Assembly (NCBI GenBank): GCA_946965045.2
Contig: OX337230.1
Location: 4,305,364 to 4,369,363, forward strand
DNA: 64,000 nt
Origin: Epithemia pelagica
Taxonomy: Eukaryota > Protista > Bacillariophyta
Reading direction: 5' to 3'
Shown here: piece by piece, positions 57,101 through 64,000 of the stretch
Numbering within the stretch: the stretch's first letter is position 1
Layout of the letters: each line of letters begins with the position of its first letter
Made by a program: the position numbers and the translations under genes
Notes under the pieces: model-generated
What the model was told of the DNA's origin: nothing
What the model saw: only the letters and a program-made list of their open reading frames with translations
Database searches by the model: none

Positions 57101-57930
57101 CGTTGGCCTATGGAATTTTGTTCAGTTGATTCTTTCTTGCATCTTGATTTTGCTTGCGATGGCCGCAAAATGGAGAATGACAAGTTGCGGGTGTTCGTTG
57201 TGACCCTTGCGTTAATGCAAATCTGCTGGGGCCAGTGATGTTCGATATTTTATCCAACAACGAGGTCGTTTCTTGGTTTACTAGCTCTGTCTCTGTCTAC
57301 GGAATCCACCCTGTGGGTTTGTTTGTTGAGGAATCATATTTGCACAAACAATGGTGTTGTTTCTTTGCAGTGGTTCATTTGGTAATCAAGGCATTGGTTT
57401 ACTCGTATGGATGGTTGTCTCAGTATCGTCAAGGAACTGAGCATTCTGTTCTTGAGTTTGCGCATCAACGCCAGATCCAGGTTCTGCTTGGGCCCGTCTC
57501 TTTGAATTGTTGGCTGTCGGCCAGAATGCGCTCAAGATGTTCCCCTTAACGGCCGTGGTTTCCCGAATGGAGAATGTAAGCTGTTAGTGTCGCCTTGCCA
57601 TGAGTTCTCAGTACTTGGTTTTGCTTCTGTGGTGTTGCTCGCGATTTGATGGTCTTTGATGTCGACCATTGTTGGCTGACGTAAGATGTGGTAACGAGAT
57701 TCAGGGGACTTGGTTGTTTCTCTTGCTCCCAAGCAACAAGTTCGGCAATGGTGGTGGAAATCATGTCACACGTGCATGTCTTGATTTAATCCGATGAATG
57801 CATGAGCGCCCTTTGATCGAGATTTGTCGAGGGTTTAGATTTTCCTGAACCCACAAGTTCGGAACATGGAGTCCAGTCTTGCTCTCGTCAAATGACAAAT
57901 GACATGCTCATAGAGTCAGAAGGTTTTTGT

Positions 57931-58490
57931 GACCCTAATAGTTTTGCTAGGAATTGACCTTTTTCCGGTGCGCACTAAGTTCACTCTGTAGAATCACATG
58001 CGCGACCGGAAAAAGGTCGATTTCAAATCACTGTATTGCTGCGTGCTATATTTAGTGCGACCGGAAAAAGGTCGATTTCGACCGGAAAAAGGTCGATTTC
58101 AGAACCTACATTAACTCTCCATAGTAAACCATATTCCTTCTTGTCGCTCAAAGATTTTGAGGTGAATGATCTCTGGTGTTAGGGCCTTTTCAGTTTTTGA
58201 GGTGAATGACCCTAATAGTTTTGCTAGGAATTGACCTTTTTCCGGTGCGCACTAAGTTCACTCTGTAGAATCACATGCGCGACCGGAAAAAGGTCGATTT
58301 CAAATCACTGTATTGCTGCGTGCTATATTTAGTGCGACCGGAAAAAGGTCGATTTCGACCGGAAAAAGGTCGATTTCAGAACCTACATTAACTCTCCATA
58401 GTAAACCATATTCCTTCTTGTCGCTCAAAGATTTTGAGGTGAATGATCTCTGATGTTAGGGCCTTTTCAGTTTTTGAGGTGAATGACCCT
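57931..58490. repeat. Two tandem 277-bp units containing iterated GACCGGAAAAAGGTCGATTT motifs
   Basis: Units start at 57931 and 58208. Each unit has three forward motif copies (58004, 58059, 58080; +277) and one inverted copy (57952-57969; +277). Confidence 0.95.
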
Positions 58491-58567
58491 CTTTAGGGCC
58501 TCTTTTTTGGCTGCAAAGGGTCATACGTCCCAAACCTATTTTGACCATAGGAACGACAACAGCCACC

Positions 58568-61500
58568 ATGGAGTTTGACGATTACTTGGGGCTTGTGGAC
58601 TTTGCCACACCCTGTGGCTTGGTCTGTAAACTCTGTGGTGTTGGTTTCCGAGCAAACATGAAGTGCCTTGCTCGTCACGCCAAGACTTGCTCTGAGGTTC
58701 ATGCAGTGTCATTTCGGTTCCCTGGAAGACATCTTGGAAAAAAGATACACGACTTGGTGGAGAATGCCAACAACCAACCGTTTGATTGTTTCATACACGA
58801 GTCCAAGGAAACAGATATCAAGTATTTCTGTGGTCACTGTGACAAGATGTTTCACAAGAAGCTTTTGTGCGAGAAGCACACTGCTGGTTGTTGCAACAAT
58901 GCTGAAGTGATTCCGAAGACCTTCCACAAGCTGAAGTGTGGATGCTTCATGCCAAGGCCCCAAAGAGAAACCATGCAGCAAGAAACCAACTGGACCCCAA
59001 TAATTCAAGTTGAGAATTCAACATTTACCATGCCGCTGCCCTGCAGCAGGTTACCCAACGAGTTTGCAAGTTCGATTGAACCATTATTGCATCCAAGCGA
59101 CACTTTGGGAAGGTGGCCCGATGTACTGAGTAATATGATTCCTGGCACGTTGGAGAATGCCCTTGGAGACATTGAACAAGGAATTATGTTTGAAGCCGAG
59201 TATCATAAGAGAGGAAATAACACTGCAATCAACCGACTCTATCAGGTTGGTTGTTACCTTCTGGACAGGATGGCTTCGATCGTAATGGGGATTCCAGCAG
59301 ACATTCGGAGTCGGATTGCTAAGTTTGCATTCCATGATGGTGATGTGGATCACTCATGGAATTTCAGCCATCGACATGATTATGACAAACGAGTGAAACC
59401 TCTACTCCTCTCTCTCTTGTGTTTCCTGCATCAGAGGCAGTGGAAGAGATGGAACTATTTTTGCCGCCAGGTTGAAGGTGATGGATTCTCTGTGGACACT
59501 GCATTCCAAAATTGTGTTCTTGGGTCACTCCTGACAGAGTTGGTACTCGACAGTGAGATTTCTTGTTGGTCCGACTCAGGGGTAGTGTTACTGTTCTCTC
59601 GGCAGAGGTTGTTCACTAAGACGAAGAATGGCTTGAGGTTGAAATCATGTGGAGTTGCCGCTCAAGAACTCGGTGAGTCCCCCTTTCCCCCTATCAATGA
59701 ATATACTTGGTTGTTCAAATCTCATGTCTTCTTTCATCTCTTTCTAGCTGACCTTTTACATCTGCTTCGCTGTGGGGTTGCGGCTGGCTTAAAATACTAC
59801 GATGGGCAGGGCAAGTTGGTCGAGCAGGTCATGGAACGGTACAGACATTGTCCTACAATACACTTTCTCTGTCCTAAGATTTATTCTTTGAGGAAGCAAT
59901 ATCAAGAGAAGCCTCCTAAAAGGGAGGTTGTGGTCGATGAGTTCTTCAATATCATTGTTGATGGACATGCATTCCAAAAAGCACATTGGTCTAAGGTCGT
60001 TCCTACGGTTGTGGAAAAGGCCCACGGTATTTTTGATGCATGCTTTGTCGGAAAGGCATACGAGAAATTCCTCTGCTTAGATGGTGACTTGACTATTGTG
60101 GAGTGGTCCAAGGGTTTGGGATCGCTGCCAGATGGTACCAACACACAAGATTTGGAATGCAAGGAACTGGTGAAAAGTCAGTTCGAACGACTAACTGCCT
60201 TGATGGAATTTGCCATCCATGGTTTTGGCTGTGGTGCAGATCGGTTCTCAGAGGTCCATTGTCTCGATGTGACTCAGCTTCGGTGGAAAAATACAAACTA
60301 CCAAGATTTATATGTTTCTGCACCGAGTCGTAAACAACCCAAACTGCAAGCTTATGATCGACCCCCCGTTGAACACAAGATGCCTCGGATCATAGCAAGG
60401 TGTCTATTTCTCTACAGAGTTGTGGTGCTGAAAGTTTGGAATGGGCCAAATGCAAGGAGATTTTTTCCACAATATGGTAATGACCGGAGGTTTTTCTTTG
60501 AGGATGTTGCCCAAGAGATTTTCAGCTTGGATAGTCGTCCTGGTTCGGTGGTTGTTCGACAGTTCTGGACTTCTCTTGTGAACTTGCTCTTTCCAGACAG
60601 CAACAGTCAGGCATTGGTCTCTTCAACAGCATTGAGTGAGTTGAGTAAGCACTCCCAACAGACTGCAATGTCCAACTACCAGACACGCGTGAGCAACAGT
60701 CATGAGATCTACTATGCCCGATTTCATCGTTACATCGGTACCAAATGTATGATCGTGGACTCGGTATGCCATCAGCTGACAATAACAAGCCGTCAGCATC
60801 GGTTAGAAGCATTACGATTGTTGTTGGGTGATGAAGAAGCAACATTCCGAGGCAATCAAGAAACAGCAATTGATATGTGCACCAATTCACCGGGAAGACA
60901 TAAACTTATGCTTCAACCTTGTGGATCGGGCAAAACCATGAACATCTTGGTGCGTTGTGTGGTGGAATCCATTCGAGGACTGAAGACTTCGACCAACATG
61001 TTTCTTGTGCCCTACAACTTCTTGGCTAGCTATCAAATGGTCAAAGTCAAAGCCTTCTTGGAAAAGGCATCACAAACTTTGGGTTTGCATGATGGTTTAT
61101 GTGTCGAGATGTTGGCAAAGAACGATCTATGTCATGAGAATTGGCCCAACTGGTTTGCACGGGATGACTTGCCCGAAGTCATAGTGATGACAATCGATGG
61201 ATTTGCGACCTTCTTCAAAGACCATCTAACAAAACTTTCTGGATGGTGCTCCAATGGAAAGTTGAATGGGATTTTTGTCGATGAGGCACAAACCATCGTT
61301 ACAGAGGTCGACTTCCGTCCATGCTATTCTTGTCTACGGGAAATATCTGCACTTGGAGTCGCCGTAACACTGATGTCTGGAAGTATTTCGATGAGTTTTG
61401 GTCAGAAATTGATGGACTTCCTCGATTTGAGTGGTTCTGCATATCACGGATTGTCGGATTATCTCTCGGGAGAGAACCCAGTTGGTGATGGATTCGACTT

Positions 61501-62443
61501 ACATGTGAGATATGTACAAAAATCTGTTGGGGCAGATGTCGTTGACATTGTGACTGAGAAGACCATGCGACATGTCCACGTGATTTGTGCAAGCAAGGAT
61601 ATGGTTTTGGAGGTTTATGAAGCACTGTGCTTATCTCATCCTGGCTTGAATGTTGAGAAGTTAACTTCGGAGAGTGAACAACAGGTTAGAGATGGCGTGG
61701 CATCTTCCTGGGCAGACGGTACTACAAATATTCTTGTGGGAACGACCTGTACCTTGGTCGGTAATGAGAATCAAAGATGCAGAACAATCATGATCATTGG
61801 CATGTTGTATGATTGCTCAAATGTTGTACAGTCCATGGGAAGACTAAGGCCGTCACAACGTGGAAATAATTCTTCTGTCCATATTCTAATCCCGTTTCAA
61901 GACTTCAACAATGATGGGGCAATCCGGGTAAAGACTAAGAGACGTTTGGACTATCTGAGAGAAATTGGTTTGCTCACGAATGAGGAAAGCCTTGACTGTG
62001 TTACTGACTGCTTCACAATGCATGGATTGAAGATGTGGTTGACTAAAGAGGGATGTATGAAGACAAACCTCTGTCGTTGTTTCGAATATCATACAGAACA
62101 CCAGTGTGGGCGGTGCACCAACTGCTGGAAAGGAATTCTGTGGATATATGATGGAAATTCAACCAGTGACAATGACGGCATACGAAAAAGACATGCCAAA
62201 GATATTGAGCAAGGTGGCCAAAATGTGATACGAAGAACACCCTTGGAACCAAGTACAATGTCTAAAAAAGCTATTCCATGTGCTACCGGTGCTATACAGC
62301 CACTTGCTAAAAAAGGTCGGGTTCCAAATCCATATGCAACACAACGAAACAAGTTCAATGAAGTGCAAGAACATGGTCTTGTACGACGAGAGAATCAAGT
62401 AAGGGAGAACGTCTGGAAGGAAAAGGCAAACGAAAACCTTTGA
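58568..62443 (+). CDS. Telomere-linked protein: C2H2-like Zn fingers + tyrosine-recombinase-like region + RecQ-like SF2 helicase
   Basis: ATG at 58568 in GCCACCATGG. CKLC..H and CGHC..H fingers. Helicase motifs QPCGSGKT, FVDEAQ, LMSGS, QSMGRLRP, and a RecQ-type Zn region C...LC...CGRCTNC. Likely in-frame 75-nt intron at 59673-59747. Transcribed toward the telomere. Confidence 0.8.
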   Translation: MEFDDYLGLVDFATPCGLVCKLCGVGFRANMKCLARHAKTCSEVHAVSFRFPGRHLGKKIHDLVENANNQPFDCFIHESKETDIKYFCGHCDKMFHKKLLCEKHTAGCCNNAEVIPKTFHKLKCGCFMPRPQRETMQQETNWTPIIQVENSTFTMPLPCSRLPNEFASSIEPLLHPSDTLGRWPDVLSNMIPGTLENALGDIEQGIMFEAEYHKRGNNTAINRLYQVGCYLLDRMASIVMGIPADIRSRIAKFAFHDGDVDHSWNFSHRHDYDKRVKPLLLSLLCFLHQRQWKRWNYFCRQVEGDGFSVDTAFQNCVLGSLLTELVLDSEISCWSDSGVVLLFSRQRLFTKTKNGLRLKSCGVAAQELGESPFPPINEYTWLFKSHVFFHLFLADLLHLLRCGVAAGLKYYDGQGKLVEQVMERYRHCPTIHFLCPKIYSLRKQYQEKPPKREVVVDEFFNIIVDGHAFQKAHWSKVVPTVVEKAHGIFDACFVGKAYEKFLCLDGDLTIVEWSKGLGSLPDGTNTQDLECKELVKSQFERLTALMEFAIHGFGCGADRFSEVHCLDVTQLRWKNTNYQDLYVSAPSRKQPKLQAYDRPPVEHKMPRIIARCLFLYRVVVLKVWNGPNARRFFPQYGNDRRFFFEDVAQEIFSLDSRPGSVVVRQFWTSLVNLLFPDSNSQALVSSTALSELSKHSQQTAMSNYQTRVSNSHEIYYARFHRYIGTKCMIVDSVCHQLTITSRQHRLEALRLLLGDEEATFRGNQETAIDMCTNSPGRHKLMLQPCGSGKTMNILVRCVVESIRGLKTSTNMFLVPYNFLASYQMVKVKAFLEKASQTLGLHDGLCVEMLAKNDLCHENWPNWFARDDLPEVIVMTIDGFATFFKDHLTKLSGWCSNGKLNGIFVDEAQTIVTEVDFRPCYSCLREISALGVAVTLMSGSISMSFGQKLMDFLDLSGSAYHGLSDYLSGENPVGDGFDLHVRYVQKSVGADVVDIVTEKTMRHVHVICASKDMVLEVYEALCLSHPGLNVEKLTSESEQQVRDGVASSWADGTTNILVGTTCTLVGNENQRCRTIMIIGMLYDCSNVVQSMGRLRPSQRGNNSSVHILIPFQDFNNDGAIRVKTKRRLDYLREIGLLTNEESLDCVTDCFTMHGLKMWLTKEGCMKTNLCRCFEYHTEHQCGRCTNCWKGILWIYDGNSTSDNDGIRKRHAKDIEQGGQNVIRRTPLEPSTMSKKAIPCATGAIQPLAKKGRVPNPYATQRNKFNEVQEHGLVRRENQVRENVWKEKANENL

Positions 62444-62833
62444 CAATTGCGAGAAAAGTGTTTCTACTGCCATACCCCAGGGTGTAACGGTGTTGACTGT
62501 CGAAGTGGATCATGCTTTGATTGTGGTGGTATACATGGTCGAGGTGAGATTTGTGTACTTCGAAAACAAAAACAAGGGCATAAGTACGTATATGTGAGTC
62601 CAGAAGGAAAGGAGTTCATGACTTGGGTCGCCACACATCGCAAGGCATGCTTGGGTTGCTTTGATCCAGCTTATAAAGGTGGTGTTTGTGCTCATCCATA
62701 TCGAAAGCGAATCAAGAGATTGATTTCAGAGCATGCTGAAAAAGAAAAGTGTTCCTTCATAGTTGCATTCAAGAAAATCTACCAGTCACAGTCGGAGATA
62801 GTTCAGTTTTTTGGCCACCTATATTCGAAATAA
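62444..62833 (+). other. Cys/His-rich in-frame continuation of the helicase ORF beyond a single TGA
   Basis: ENL*QLREKCFYCHTPGC...CFDCGGIH...C...CLGC...C is in the same frame as 58568-62443. Confidence 0.6.
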
Positions 62834-62859
62834 AAATTGTTCAATTCAGACTACTATTA

Positions 62860-63494
62860 TTTTGAGTGTGAATTTGAGTGCGATGTCGATGTGCGAGATG
62901 ATGCGCAAGTGGTGTGTTTTGAAGGTATTTGAATGGTCTATCTATTGATGTTTTGCGATTTTTGTTCATCAAGTGGGAAGGTGTGTTTCGTGCTATGCGG
63001 ACTTGGTGTATAGTGTTGTGGATTTTGTCGTCTTGTGTTTTGAGTGTGAATTTGAGTGCGATGTCGATGTGCGAGATGATGCGCAAGTGGTGTGTTTTGA
63101 AGGTATTTGAATGGTCTATCTATTGATGTTTTGCGATTTTTGTTCATCAAGTGGGAAGGTGTGTTTCGTGCTATGCGAACTTGGTGTATAGTGTTGTGGA
63201 TTTTGTCGTCTTGTGTTTTGAGTGTGAATTTGAGTGCGATGTCGATGTGCGAGATGATGCGCAAGTGGTGTGTCTTGAAGGTATTTGAATGGTCTATCTA
63301 TTGATGTTTTGCGATTTTTGTTCATCAAGTGGGAAGGTGTGTTTCGTGCTATGCGAACTTGGTGTATAGTGTAGTGGATTTTGTTGTCTTGTGTTTTGAG
63401 TGTGAATTTGAGTGCGATGTCGATGTGCGAAATGATGCGCAAGTGATGTGTCTTGAAGGTATTTGAATGGTCTATCTATTGATGCTTTGCGATT
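62860..63494. repeat. Subtelomeric tandem repeat, 178-bp unit, ~3.6 copies
   Basis: Units start TTTTGAGTGTGAATTTGAGTGCG at 62860, 63038, 63216 and 63394; G/T-rich on the plus strand; last unit truncated. Confidence 0.96.
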
Positions 63495-64000
63495 TTAGGG
63501 TTAGGGTTAGGGTTAGGGTTAGGGTTAGGGTTAGGGTTAGGGTTAGGGTTAGGGTTAGGGTTAGGGTTAGGGTTAGGGTTAGGGTTAGGGTTAGGGTTAG
63601 GGTTAGGGTTAGGGTTAGGGTTAGGGTTAGGGTTAGGGTTAGGGTTAGGGTTAGGGTTAGGGTTAGGGTTAGGGTTAGGGTTAGGGTTAGGGTTAGGGTT
63701 AGGGTTAGGGTTAGGGTTAGGGTTAGGGTTAGGGTTAGGGTTAGGGTTAGGGTTAGGGTTAGGGTTAGGGTTAGGGTTAGGGTTAGGGTTAGGGTTAGGG
63801 TTAGGGTTAGGGTTAGGGTTAGGGTTAGGGTTAGGGTTAGGGTTAGGGTTAGGGTTAGGGTTAGGGTTAGGGTTAGGGTTAGGGTTAGGGTTAGGGTTAG
63901 GGTTAGGGTTAGGGTTAGGGTTAGGGTTAGGGTTAGGGTTAGGGTTAGGGTTAGGGTTAGGGTTAGGGTTAGGGTTAGGGTTAGGGTTAGGGTTAGGGTT
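63495..64000 (+). repeat. Telomere (TTAGGG)n
   Basis: Uninterrupted TTAGGG array to the window end, with the G-rich strand running 5'->3' toward the end. Confidence 0.99.

Noticed and set aside
57952-58380. CRISPR-like or prokaryotic iteron array
   Set aside because: Spacing is irregular, spacers are duplicated rather than unique, there are no cas genes and the context is eukaryotic.
58568-62443. Academ-type (DDE + RecQ) transposon or Helitron interpretation
   Set aside because: No DDE or HUH/Rep motifs, terminal inverted repeats or TSD were seen, and the helicase is SF2 rather than Pif1-like. Not fully excluded without a profile search.
62860-63494. Repeated 65-aa and 108-aa ORFs
   Set aside because: By-products of the 178-bp tandem repeat.

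Overview
Right-hand chromosome end of a eukaryote with short GT-AG introns, most likely a pennate diatom (inferred from CoDi-like Copia elements, gene family content and TTAGGG telomere). From left to right: (1) a threonyl-tRNA synthetase running off the left edge; (2) a disrupted STAND/AAA-ATPase-TPR-like gene; (3) three tandem ferric reductase/NADPH oxidase paralogs, two of them inside a ~6-kb tandem segmental duplication that also duplicates KIN17 and part of an FN3-nucleoredoxin gene; (4) a 15-kb nest of two Ty1/Copia LTR retrotransposons, a young intact element inside the gag of an older decayed one; (5) oligopeptidase B-like, glutaminase, a secreted Gly/Tyr-rich RRL-repeat protein, an EVE-domain protein and a CTL-like transporter; (6) ~3.5 kb of decayed sequence; (7) a terminal module made of a 277-bp tandem repeat with inverted-arm sites, a large telomere-oriented gene, 178-bp subtelomeric repeats and the (TTAGGG)n telomere. 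The large gene encodes Zn fingers, an apparent tyrosine-recombinase-like catalytic signature and a RecQ-like helicase. This terminal module is the best candidate for an undescribed system. All assignments come from motifs read by eye; no searches were run.
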